Source: an uncultured delta proteobacterium
GTDB taxonomy: Bacteria; Myxococcota_A; Polyangia; Polyangiales; Polyangiaceae
Direction: 5' to 3'
Length of the DNA: 64,000 nucleotides
Assembly (NCBI GenBank): GCA_963716725.1
Contig: CAVQUB010000032.1
Coordinates: 96,001 to 160,000 of the forward strand
Shown piece by piece: positions 50,534 through 60,134 of this stretch (positions are counted from its first letter, which is position 1; every line of letters begins with the position of its first letter). The notes beneath the pieces are model-generated. The model had not been told where the DNA came from and did no database searches. It saw nothing but the letters and a program-made list of their open reading frames with translations. The translations under genes and the position numbers were made by a program.

Positions 50534-50729
50534 AGAGGCGCAGCGGCAATTTGCAGCTGAGGACGCTTGGTGGCGCGAGAACCCCGACGCGAAGAACCTG
50601 TTCATCGAAGAATTCTCCGCGATGAGCTAATCCAACGCACGCTGATGAAGAAGGCCCGCTGCCACGTCTACTACTTCCACGACCAAGAGCAGGGCGTCAT
50701 CGAAGTCCACTCGGTCTGGGGTGGTCGCC
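50514..50729 (+). pseudogene. RelE/ParE-family toxin, internally deleted/frameshifted and cut by an IS21 end
   Basis: VKLVLLEEAQRQF..EDAWWREN...NLFIEEF then frame change to R.LMKK..CHVYY.......IEVHSVWG. Confidence 0.7.
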
Positions 50730-51071
50730 TGCGCATTTCGCCCATGGTGATCACCTGTTTCACAGCATCCTGATCGCTCAATCCGCCGCATCCTGATCGG
50801 AGCGAAGCGACGTCCGAGTTGTTCGTGTGTCCTGGTTTCTCCTCGTTGGGTTCGGGTCAGCGTATCGCTCGATCCGCGCCTGGCTCAATCCGGCGCGTGC
50901 GTGCAGGTCACGGGGCGTCGGCGGCCGTCTTGCGTCGCGACGGACCCTTGAGCGCGATCCGGTGCGCAGTGTGGAGCACGCGGTCACAGATGGCGTCCGC
51001 CGTGGTTGGGTCGGTGAGGTAGTCGTACCAGTGCTTCGGGTCGATCTGGCTGGTGATGATCGTCGCCCAGC
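50730..51071 (-). mobile_element. istB: IS21-family remnant: terminal repeat region plus 3' end of istB (50908-51071)
   Basis: TGCGCATTTCGCCCATGGTGATCAC end with repeated GCATCCTGATC; ATIITSQ...[30 protein letters not shown]. Confidence 0.85.
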
Positions 51072-52558
51072 TACGGCGCTGAACATTCTGTAGCCGTCAC
51101 GATGCAATTGCACACCGCGAAAACCTTCGCTTTTTTCCGACTCTCCGCGCGCCAATACTGACGCGCCCGTGCATGCTCTGCTGACGACATGAGCACTCGC
51201 TCCCGCCGCACGTACGACCACCGCATCAAGCAGCAGATCGCCGAGACCGGGGATCCGGGGCTGTTTCCGGAGCTCGAGATCCCGCGCTCGACAGTTCGGA
51301 GCTGGATCCGGCGAGGCATGGGGAGCGTCGTCTGTCTGGAGCCGAACCTTGGCGCGGAGGGCGAGCTTCGCGCTCGTGTCGTCGTGCTCGAGCGGCGGAC
51401 CGCGGTGCTCATCACAGTTGTTCGACTGCTTCTGGCATTGCTACGCACTTCTGGATTCAAGCTCGAAACCTGCCGCGTGCCGGATGCGGCCGGCAAGCGA
51501 CTCTTGCTCGATGCGATCGAGCGCGCACGAAAGGTCATGGCCTTATCCGCGGCGCTCCGAGTGCTCCGCCTCTCCCGAGCGCGCTATCACGTCTGGTTGC
51601 GAGCCGAAAAAGCATGCGATCTCGACGACCGCCCAAGCTGTCCGCGCACTGTGCCGCAGCGACTGACCCAGCCGGAGGTCGAGGCAATCGGCAGCCTGGT
51701 TCAGTCCAAGGAACATCGCCACATGTCCATCCGAGCGCTGGCTTTGCACGCCCAGCGCGTCGGTGAAGTCCTCGCTCACCCGGCAAGCTGGGGCAAGCTC
51801 ATCCGACGCTACGGCTGGCGGCGGCCGAGACTCCGTCTCTACCCACCGAAACCCAAGGTCGGCGTGCGCGCGCTCGCGCCGAACGCCGCGTGGCACGTGG
51901 ATGTCACGATCATCAAGCTGCTCGATGGAACGAAAGCGCACTTGCACGCAGTCATCGACAACTTCTCTCGGAGAATCCTCGCCTGGACGATCGCCGACCG
52001 ACTCGATCCCATGAACACCCGCGACGTGCTTGTGAGGGCGGCGAGCAACCTGGAGGGGCCGATGACAGCAGAGGTCTACATGGACTCCGGCGTCGAGAAC
52101 CTCAACGCCAGCGTGGACCCGCTCTTCAGTGAAGGTTTCCTTCGCCGCGTCATCGCGCAGATCGACGTGAGCTTCTCGAACTCGATGATCGAATCGTGGT
52201 GGCGCTCCCTCAAACATCAGTGGCTGTTCCTGCACCAACTCGACAGCATCGCGACCGGCAAGAGGCTCGTGGAGTTCTACGTGGTCGAGCACAACGAGCG
52301 GATGCCCCACAGTGCGTTCGACGGGCAGACCCCGGACGAGATGTACTTCGGGCGCGGGGCTCGAGTGCCTGCCGAGCTCGCTGCTCGGCGGCAAGAGGCG
52401 CGCAAGCGGCGGCTGGACCACAATCGTCAACAAGCGTGCGACCGGTGCTCCCGTCAACACGAGGAGGACGTCGCCGCATGAAGCGTACGCTGCTTTCGAC
52501 CGGGAGTTCTGGCGAGCGCAGTTGCACAGCGTCAGCTCCAGAAGGTTCGGCGCCGCAG
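51072..52558 (+). mobile_element. Complete IS with single-ORF rve/DDE transposase (IS3/IS481-like)
   Basis: About 43-bp imperfect terminal inverted repeats (51069-51111 vs 52518-52560, 33/43 by eye); no target duplication seen. Confidence 0.85.
51189..52481 (+). CDS. DDE-type transposase (integrase core)
   Basis: PNAAWHVDVT, VIDNFSRRILAW, MDSGVEN, NSMIESWW..LK, HN...PHSAF.GQTP.E.Y. Confidence 0.92.
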   Translation: MSTRSRRTYDHRIKQQIAETGDPGLFPELEIPRSTVRSWIRRGMGSVVCLEPNLGAEGELRARVVVLERRTAVLITVVRLLLALLRTSGFKLETCRVPDAAGKRLLLDAIERARKVMALSAALRVLRLSRARYHVWLRAEKACDLDDRPSCPRTVPQRLTQPEVEAIGSLVQSKEHRHMSIRALALHAQRVGEVLAHPASWGKLIRRYGWRRPRLRLYPPKPKVGVRALAPNAAWHVDVTIIKLLDGTKAHLHAVIDNFSRRILAWTIADRLDPMNTRDVLVRAASNLEGPMTAEVYMDSGVENLNASVDPLFSEGFLRRVIAQIDVSFSNSMIESWWRSLKHQWLFLHQLDSIATGKRLVEFYVVEHNERMPHSAFDGQTPDEMYFGRGARVPAELAARRQEARKRRLDHNRQQACDRCSRQHEEDVAA

Positions 52559-53401
52559 CTGGCTTACGGCAACTGCGACCTGTTCCGACTCGTCACCTAC
52601 GATGCCGGCGCTTGCTCGAAGCAAAACGCCCAGGCCGCACGTGACCGCGGGCTTCACTACCTGATGGCCATCAAGAGCACACAGCCGACACTGCACGAAG
52701 AGGCCGTGCGCTGGTTGGGTGAACGTGCGCCGGCACAAGCAGCAGCAACCAGCAGCGACTTCGACCACGGCAACACCGTGGTGCGTCGGCTCTACCTCGG
52801 TGAGGCCGGCGCCGCGCCAGAAGGCTGGGACCACCTGCGCACCGTGCTCCGTGTCGAGGTCGAGACGCTCGACCAGAACGGCAATCGCATCACGGCGGAA
52901 AACCGCTACTTTGTTTCGAGCTTGCCACGCTCTCGGCTGACGGACGCGCAATGGCTCCTCGTCGTGCGTCGCCACTGGGGTGTCGAGACCTCCCACCAAA
53001 TTCTCGACACGGCTTTCGCTGAGGACGACCACCCGTGGATCGAGCAGAACCCGCGAGCGACCGTCGTCGTGATCGTGTTGCGCCGCGTCGCCTATACCCT
53101 GCTCTCACTCTGGCGCGGCGTGACTTTGCGCAGCGACGAGCAGCGCACTCGGCCTTGGCGCGACGTGATGCGCGACATTCTGCTCGCTGCCGTCACCGCC
53201 ACGGCCGAACACCTTCGCGCTTTGCGCCGCCATCGACTCGCGCCCGTCGCCACGTAGTCGAGAAGTCAGGCCTTGCGCCGCCTCGCTCTTTGACAGATCC
53301 GCTCCGGTCACCAGCCCTGGCTTCCGCCCCCTGGCGCTAGCCCTGGTCGGCGAGCCGAGCGCGGCCACGCCCCCCGGTCATCGCCCTCGCCCTTGCCCCT
53401 G
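52559..53401 (+). mobile_element. ISAs1-family remnant: 5'-truncated transposase (stop 53257) and probable right end
   Basis: VTYDA, YLMAIK.TQPTL, ENRYFVSSL, VRRHWGVE..H..LD..F.ED; ends ...CCTTGCCCCTG. Confidence 0.82.
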
Positions 53402-53455
53402 ACTCTCGCACTGGCCGGCGAAGGCCGCGCTCGGCTCGCCGACTTCCGATCAAGA

Positions 53456-55591
53456 GTGCTGTGCCCGCACCGACGCTTGCCCCGACCACGCACATGGCGT
53501 ACGGTTGGGACATGCGGGGCGGCATCGGGTATCGGGTATCGGGTATCGGGCATCGGGCATCGGGCATCGGGCATCGGGCATCGGGCATCGGGCATCGGGC
53601 ATCGGGCATTCGTAGCGCTGTTGAGCGCCCTTCTCGGCTTGGGCTCCAGCGCTTGCGCACCGGAGGGGGACGGCGAGAGCGTCGCGCGTGGCATTCACCT
53701 GCTCTCTGCTCCGCCCCTGGCCTGTGACAATGGCGTGTTCCTCACGGACCATCATCGATTCGAATACATCGGAGTCTCGGTGACGCGCATGCTGTGCACG
53801 CCCACCGGCCTCGTGTTGCCGTCTGTCGTCACGGTTGACTCCAAGACCGGCGCGGTCGTGGAATTCGCGCGATTGGCCGACGCCGATCGCGCAGCGTTTC
53901 ACGGCTGGCACGCTTCGCTCGACCCTCAGTTTCGCTCGACGCTCGAGGTGAAGCCAGACGAACCGCGGGACGCGTACGTCTGGTTCTACGTCGACGAGAG
54001 CGATGCCCCCGAGAAGGAGTGGCTGGTCGGCGAACCCACTGCCGCCGCGGCGACCGTGGCACTACGCGAAAGCCGGATGCGGTCAGCGGCTGCCTCGCTT
54101 TCCAACAAGCTGCATGCTGTGTCAGCGGTCGATGTCGCAACGGACGTGCTCGGACCTCAGGAGTACTGAATCCCGGTCGTGCGCGTTCGCGCCAAGCTTG
54201 CCGACTTGGAAGAGGTCGGAACCTGGCCCGAGGTGTGGCGAATTGACCCCGTGCCCACGACGTTCACGCCGCAGTCGGATACCTATTACTACACCACCGT
54301 GGACAACGTTTTGGACGGCTATTTCGGGTACGACGGAACCGGGCGGACCGTCGCGATGTTCGAGCAAGCCCGCCCTGATTCGTGGGCCAATCTTCCCGGC
54401 GCGGTCGCTGGCTCCTGCGCCAGACGACTTCAACGTCCAGAAGAAGTGTCATTGTGCCGCGGGGACGAAACACGCGCATCCTCGATTGGTTGCGGGCGTC
54501 GTCCGGCGGTCATGGCATGGGAATGGCCAACGAGGCTTCGACTATCGCGGCAAACCATCTGGGCGGCTGCCAGTCCAACGGTCCGGACTCGATCTCGAGC
54601 GCACTGAACTGGGCCACGTCCAACGGCGCTCAGGTGATCGTGACGACGGACATGATCACCCCGGGATCGGCGCTCGACTTCTTCTTCGACTACAAAGCCA
54701 GCGTGTCGCCCTACCCAACCATCGTAGGCGTGGCTGGAAACGACTCAGGGTCAACGTCGGATCTCACCACCGAAACGGACTTGTGACCGGCGGGGCGCTC
54801 GAGTCGCCCTCCGGCAACAGCAACCGGGGCGCGGCAACGACAGACCCCACGAAGTCCTGGAGGAACCCAACGGGAACGGCGGGCTTCGAGGTTCCGCACA
54901 TCGCCGCCATTTCCGAGGACGTTACCAGCGCTGGCTACGACCGCAAGCACAGTGGTGGATACCGGCGGGACGAGCGTCGCGGCACCGCAGGTGGCGGGTG
55001 TAGCGGCCTCGCTCCACGAGGCAAATTCCGCCATCAGGAGCTGGCCGGAGGTCATGGTCCCCGGACTGATGGTAAGCGCAAACGAGGACCTCGACGGGAT
55101 CCGGTTGAATCTCCACGATGACTGGGACGATCGCGACGGTGCAGGGCTGCTGAACGCCCATCATGCGCTCCTCGTGCTCCAGTCCTCATCGAGGGTCCAC
55201 GGCAACAACGCGCCGCCTGCGTGCGGGTCACGACTACCACGGTCTGACTGCCTACAGTACGCCCGAGCAGACGTTCTAGGTTGAAGAGTACTCGGCCCGG
55301 GTGCCTGCCGGGCTCGAGCTCCGAGTCGCCGCGCTCCTCCAGGCTCGACCAACGTGCCCGCAGAACCCCGGCTCCGGGTCGTGCACCGCCGATCCGTATC
55401 CGAACTTCGGGCTGTTCATTTACGACGGCTCGACGCTCGTCGGCGGGGCCTTGAACACCAGCAGCAACTACCAGTACATCTCGCACTTCAACACGACGGG
55501 CGTCCAGAAGGACTACAAGGTCAAGATCTTCCTCGCCCACTGGAACGGTCTCAGCGGGACGACGTTCGGGGTCGCATGGGACTCGTGGTGA
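53456..55591 (+). pseudogene. S8 (subtilase) peptidase lipoprotein with an in-frame stop and several frameshifts
   Basis: GSSAC lipobox-like; TGA at 54167; fragments HAHPRLVAG, GVAGND and GGTSVAAPQVAG lie in different frames; ends AWDSW*. Confidence 0.82.
53524..53607. repeat. Heptamer tandem repeat: (ATCGGGT)x3 + (ATCGGGC)x9
   Basis: Counted directly, 12 units, 84 bp. Confidence 0.95.
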
Positions 55592-55599
55592 GGGAGGCG

Positions 55600-56358
55600 A
55601 TGGTGCGGGCAGCCAGGGTTTCAGCCGTGTGCCTGCTTCTGGCCGGGGTCGGCTCGAGCTGTGACGGCAACGTCGCGGGAGAGCCAGGCGCCGGAGCGGC
55701 GGGCGCGGCCGGGCTCGGTGGCAGCGGCGGAGCTCCGAGCGGTGGCGGTGGCGGCACCCTCGACGGCGCCGCGGACGCCGACGGCCCCCTCGGGACGTGC
55801 GCCGCGGAGCAGGCGGCGTTGATAGCGTTCGTGAAGGCGAACAAGGCGTGCACGACGGATCCGGACTGCGTCTTCGTCAGTGCTGAGTCCGGCATTCAGG
55901 AGCTTTGCCCGAGCCAATACATCCAGGCGGGCGGGTTCTACCTGAACGCTTCCCACGCCAAGGCAGAGTTCGAGAAGCTGGCCACTGCCCTCGACGCATG
56001 TCTGCCTCCGCTTCTACCGTGCAATCTGAGTCCCTTCCCGGCCGTATGCTGGCATGGGCAGTGCGAGGGCGATCTGACAGCGGCAAGACCCAATGCCTCT
56101 CAGACCTCGGCGGCGAGTCCGCATGCACGAAGTGCGCGTGTGGACCCTGCGCGTCTGCTTGCCGAGGTTTGCTGGAGCGCCCCGTCGTCCTCTGTGCGCT
56201 GAAGGCCGGGTGCCTGGGCACGCCGAAGTGTGATCCGGCGTCGCCCGACTTCCCGTGCAAAGAGATCCTCGCCGAAATCGCCAGGTGAGACCTACCACTA
56301 CTGCAACGAGTGCATCGCGGACTGGCAGTGCGCGGCGGACTGCGCTGCCGGCAAGTGA
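55600..56358 (+). pseudogene. Cys-rich lipoprotein, frameshifted paralogue of 42988-43743
   Basis: Near-identical DNA; frame breaks near 56075 and 56275. Confidence 0.82.
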
Positions 56359-56482
56359 GCGCGCGAGGTTTGCGGCTGGAGTGCGCCGGCGCGACGCCCC
56401 CCGACCGTGTCCTGACCTGAACCAAGCGCAAGCGACGACCTGTGGTGAACCAGTGGCTTGCACCCTGCACGCCCCAACGCAC

Positions 56483-57598
56483 TCACCCCCCAACCAACGC
56501 CGACCCCGAAAGTTCCCCCGCGAGCGTCACCAAGATCTCCCTCGGGTCGCTGGTCTTCAAGGCAGGCAACGCCGCCAGCGGCGTGTTCTTCGGGACCATT
56601 CCGGCCAGCGCGGTCAGCGCCTGCCGCGTCTGACCTTCCCGCGCCGAAAACTCCCTCCGGTACGCCGCGATCGCATCGCCGAGGGCGGGCTCACTGCCGA
56701 TACGCGCTTCGATTTCGGGGATCCACGCGGGCGTCGCGCCCACCGCGCGATTCAGCAACACCGCGCTGGCATCCAGGGATCGCTCGCGCAGCTGACCGAT
56801 CAGGTACGCGGCGTCGTCGAGGGAGCTGCCGCTCGGGCCGGTCACGACCACGTAGCGCGTGCTGGGCAGCGCGATGCGCTTCTCGACGTTGCGCACGAGG
56901 TGCAGCCACTTCTCGCGCACCGGCATGAACTCCCCGAACAGCGCCGCGATGTCCCGGATCGCGATGGCGCCGACCACGTTCGAGACCAGGTGGCCGACGC
57001 GCTTCTTGCCCCAGGCCAGGAGGCCGCGCTCCCTCTTCAGGGACGTTCCAGGGTCGTCCGTCGGGCGATCGTCGAGGGCCGATCCCGCGAGCTTGGCCAG
57101 GCCCACCATCCACTCGAGCGTGCGCGCTTCGAGCATGCGGCCCAGCCGTGCGGGGTAATCCAGAAACTCCAGCGCGTGGCGAGAGGGCGCGGTGTCGAGC
57201 ACGACTTCGTCGTAGCGGCCGGATTCGAGCTCGTGGTCGATGAAGGCCACGCTGATCAGCTCGTGCACTCCGGCCAGCGCGTTCGACAGCTCGCGGTACA
57301 TGCCGTTCTCGAACACGCGGGTGCGCGCGGCCGGATCGTCGAACAGCCAGCTCACGAACAGATCGACCGACTTCTCTGCATCGGGCATGCGGGCCCACAG
57401 CTGGGCGCCGTCGATGTTCACCGGGCAGGCTTCGATGCCAACCTGCACGCCGATCGCGTCGGCGAGGCGGCGCGCTGGATCCACCGTGACCACCAGCGTG
57501 CGCCGGCCCGCGCGGGCGAAGGCGAGGGCGAGGGCCGCGGAGGTCGTGGTCTTGCCGACTCCACCGCCGCCCACCACCACCGTCAGCGCCGCGCTCAT
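56483..57598 (-). CDS. ArsA/Get3-family ATPase (downstream gene of a tandem pair)
   Basis: GGGGVGKTT, VTVDPARRLADA, YDEVVLDTAPSRHALEFL, LLNR. Confidence 0.93.
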   Translation of the reverse strand: MSAALTVVVGGGGVGKTTTSAALALAFARAGRRTLVVTVDPARRLADAIGVQVGIEACPVNIDGAQLWARMPDAEKSVDLFVSWLFDDPAARTRVFENGMYRELSNALAGVHELISVAFIDHELESGRYDEVVLDTAPSRHALEFLDYPARLGRMLEARTLEWMVGLAKLAGSALDDRPTDDPGTSLKRERGLLAWGKKRVGHLVSNVVGAIAIRDIAALFGEFMPVREKWLHLVRNVEKRIALPSTRYVVVTGPSGSSLDDAAYLIGQLRERSLDASAVLLNRAVGATPAWIPEIEARIGSEPALGDAIAAYRREFSAREGQTRQALTALAGMVPKNTPLAALPALKTSDPREILVTLAGELSGSALVGG

Positions 57599-58455
57599 GA
57601 GCTGGCTCCGAGGAAGCGCCCGAACTCGCGGGCGGTGGGATCACGAAACAGCTCCGGCACCTCCACGACCCTGTCGGCGCTGACTCCATCGAAGGCCGTC
57701 AGGGCCACCAGCGCGTCGGCGCTGAGCTCGGCGTCTTCGGCCAGGGCGTGGGCGAGGGGAGCGAAGGCCGGATCGCGCTGGGCCGCCGCGCGGGCCTGGT
57801 CGATCTCACCCGAAGCGGGCTTGCGCGGGACGCGGTTGACGACCACGAGATCTGGCGATCGTCCGAGCTCCTGCGTCAAGCGCATGACGAGCTCACGCGT
57901 CTCGGAGGCGACGACCGGCTCGGCGGTGGAGACCACTACGAGGGCGCTCTGCTCGGCGATCAGGATCTCTTCTTGGATGGCCCGGCACATCTTCGCTGCG
58001 GGGCCGATCTTCAGGAAGCGCTCGGCGGAGGCGGGGACGCGCAGCCAGTCGACCGCGTGGCCCGTCGCGGGAAGGTCCACGAAGACTCGGGCGTGGGGGC
58101 TCTCGCTGCGCAGCGATCGCAGGCGATCCAGTGACACCAGCTCGCGCACCGCCGGAACTGCCTCGACCGCTTTCTTGAGGGTGCGTTGCTTGACCACCAG
58201 TCTTCCCAGCAGGCGACTGCCGAGCATCGACGCGATGGAGTGAGCCAGCGCTTCCATGTACTCGATGACGAGGGGAGTCACGCCGTCGGCCTCGGCACCC
58301 AGCGCCCGCGTGGCGCCGGCGGCGGACTCGAACTCGACCAGGATGGCCTGTCCCCCGCGGTCCGCCTCGGCCCGCGCGAGCGCCGCTGTCACGCTGCTCT
58401 TCCCGACGCCGCCCTTGCCGGTGACGAAGACGACCGGTTGCCGCAATGCACGCAC
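57595..58455 (-). CDS. ArsA/Get3-family ATPase (upstream gene of the pair)
   Basis: FVTGKGGVGKSS, VDLPATGH, AEP....ET, VVVNRV; ATGA overlap with the partner. Confidence 0.9.
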   Translation of the reverse strand: MRALRQPVVFVTGKGGVGKSSVTAALARAEADRGGQAILVEFESAAGATRALGAEADGVTPLVIEYMEALAHSIASMLGSRLLGRLVVKQRTLKKAVEAVPAVRELVSLDRLRSLRSESPHARVFVDLPATGHAVDWLRVPASAERFLKIGPAAKMCRAIQEEILIAEQSALVVVSTAEPVVASETRELVMRLTQELGRSPDLVVVNRVPRKPASGEIDQARAAAQRDPAFAPLAHALAEDAELSADALVALTAFDGVSADRVVEVPELFRDPTAREFGRFLGASS

Positions 58456-58596
58456 CGCTCGACCTTTTAGGGGCTCCGCGCCAGCGCGCCAACAGGATAG
58501 AGCGCGCCCGGGCCGTCTTGGCGAAGGATCGGGCATGACGCGCGGAAACCGCGGCGAGCTCGGACGAGCGCCCGCCGGGTCGACCGCGAGGCGGCT

Positions 58597-59331
58597 TCAG
58601 GCTCGAATTGCCCAGCGAACCCGCACTTCCACCGACACGCTGCCGGTGCCACGCTCGATGGGCATGCGCGCCACGTCCGCCGATTCGAGGGCCAGCGTCG
58701 GCGCTGGCGTTTGGTTCGACGCCAGCTCTTCCACCGTGATGGGCCCACCGAGCTTGACGCCGCTCAGGCGCGCCAGCTCTTCCGCTCGCCGGCGCGCATC
58801 GGCCACGGCGCGCTGTCGTGCGTCGTCACGCAGCTTCGAGGGATCGTCGAAGCCGAAGCGGATGCCGTTGACCCGCGTCGCGTTTCCGCCGGCTTCGACG
58901 GCCTCGTCGATCAAGCTGCCGATCTGGTCGAGGTTCCGCGCCTTGACCGTAACGCTGGTCGTCACGCTGTAGCCCGTGATGCGCTCTCTTCCCCCGACCT
59001 GATCGTAGCGCGGCGACACGCTCAGGCTCGCGGTTTGGATATCCTTGGAGTCCACGCCATGCTTCTTCAGCGCGGAGATCACACGCTCCGCGGACTTTGC
59101 TGCGCCGGTTCGCGCGGCGCCGACGCTGGGTGCGTCGACTTCGACTCCGACGTCGAAGAAGGCGACGTCAGGGGCGGCCATCGCTTCGCCGCGGCCGGTC
59201 ACGCTGACGCCGGAGGGATCCGGAGCGTTGACGGAGACCTGCGGCGCGCCGGCGGGCGCGGGGTTGGCGGCAGTGCAGCCTGCGAGCACTGCCATTGAGA
59301 TCACGAGTGAAGAAGCGACCAAGTATTTCAT
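58597..59331 (-). CDS. SIMPL (DUF541) domain lipoprotein
   Basis: LAGC; VSVTGRGE..AAPD.A, DIQT..LSV.P.Y, AVADARRRAE.LA...GVKLG. Confidence 0.93.
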   Translation of the reverse strand: MKYLVASSLVISMAVLAGCTAANPAPAGAPQVSVNAPDPSGVSVTGRGEAMAAPDVAFFDVGVEVDAPSVGAARTGAAKSAERVISALKKHGVDSKDIQTASLSVSPRYDQVGGRERITGYSVTTSVTVKARNLDQIGSLIDEAVEAGGNATRVNGIRFGFDDPSKLRDDARQRAVADARRRAEELARLSGVKLGGPITVEELASNQTPAPTLALESADVARMPIERGTGSVSVEVRVRWAIRA

Positions 59332-59561
59332 GTTCAGGAGATCCTCCGTTGGGATGGTGCAGGTTGAGACGGCCCTCGGAGGCGGAGGATCTGCTCGCCA
59401 CGAGCGTCGGTGCTGCGCGGCTCCCCCGGGATGGACCTCGGCGCCTGCCAAACGCAAGCGTCGCGGCCCGGCTTACACGTCCGGACAAATCGTGGGCAAA
59501 ACGCCGCTTGCCGTTCCCCCCGGGGCGCGGTCTATGCTGCCCGCTTTCGGAGGGAACATCG

Positions 59562-59918
59562 ATGAAGAGTTCGTCACGGTTTACGGTTGGGTTGGCGATG
59601 GGGGTGGTCGTGATCGCGCTCCTCGCGTGCAAGAAGAAGGAAGAGTCGTCAACCACCGGGTCCACCGGCGCTGCGGCGACGGGCGGCGACACCGGCGTGC
59701 CCGAGTGCGACGAGTACCTGACCAAGTACGAGACGTGCTTGAACGAAAAGGTGCCGGCCGTGGCTCGGACGCAGATGCAGGAGAGCTTCAAGAAGACGCG
59801 CGAGACGTACAAGACCCTCGCGTCGAATCCCGCGACCAAGTCGGGCATGGCGATGGGGTGCAAGCAGGCCCTCGAGACCGCGAAGACCGCCATGGGCAGC
59901 TACGGCTGCACCTGGTGA
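59562..59918 (+). CDS. Small Cys-containing lipoprotein
   Basis: LLAC lipobox; TGVPECDEYL.KYETC...CKQA...YGCTW. Confidence 0.8.
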   Translation: MKSSSRFTVGLAMGVVVIALLACKKKEESSTTGSTGAAATGGDTGVPECDEYLTKYETCLNEKVPAVARTQMQESFKKTRETYKTLASNPATKSGMAMGCKQALETAKTAMGSYGCTW

Positions 59919-59925
59919 ACAACCT

Positions 59926-60080
59926 TCAGCTCACGAGCAAGCGATAGTTTTGCTTCGAGCCGGTCACCTCGCCGATCGGCTCGAAGCGGAGCTTGGAGTC
60001 TGGCGCGAGCGCGTCGCGCAGCGCGCTCGTGACCAGGACCTCGCCGGCCTTGGCGCTGTCTTCGCCGAGCTTGCTCGTAG
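59926..60080 (-). pseudogene. Possible C-terminal remnant of a class III adenylate/guanylate cyclase
   Basis: SKLGEDSAKAGEVLVT.A. Confidence 0.4.
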
Positions 60081-60134
60081 ATCGGCCGCCACCTTTCGTC
60101 GACGCTGGAGGGGATCCGGGCGTAACCTCGACCA

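Noticed and set aside
54167..54169. Selenocysteine or read-through at the in-frame TGA of the S8 gene
   Set aside because: The same gene has several frameshifts, so decay is the simpler explanation; no SECIS-like element recognised.
47467..56991. Diversity-generating retroelement (TR/VR pair)
   Set aside because: No reverse transcriptase in the window; differences between copies are mostly synonymous or conservative rather than adenine-specific.
32375..58455. Single arsenic-resistance system linking arsM and the ArsA-like ATPases
   Set aside because: They are about 23 kb apart, there is no arsB/acr3/arsD, and the ATPases are single-domain Get3-like types.
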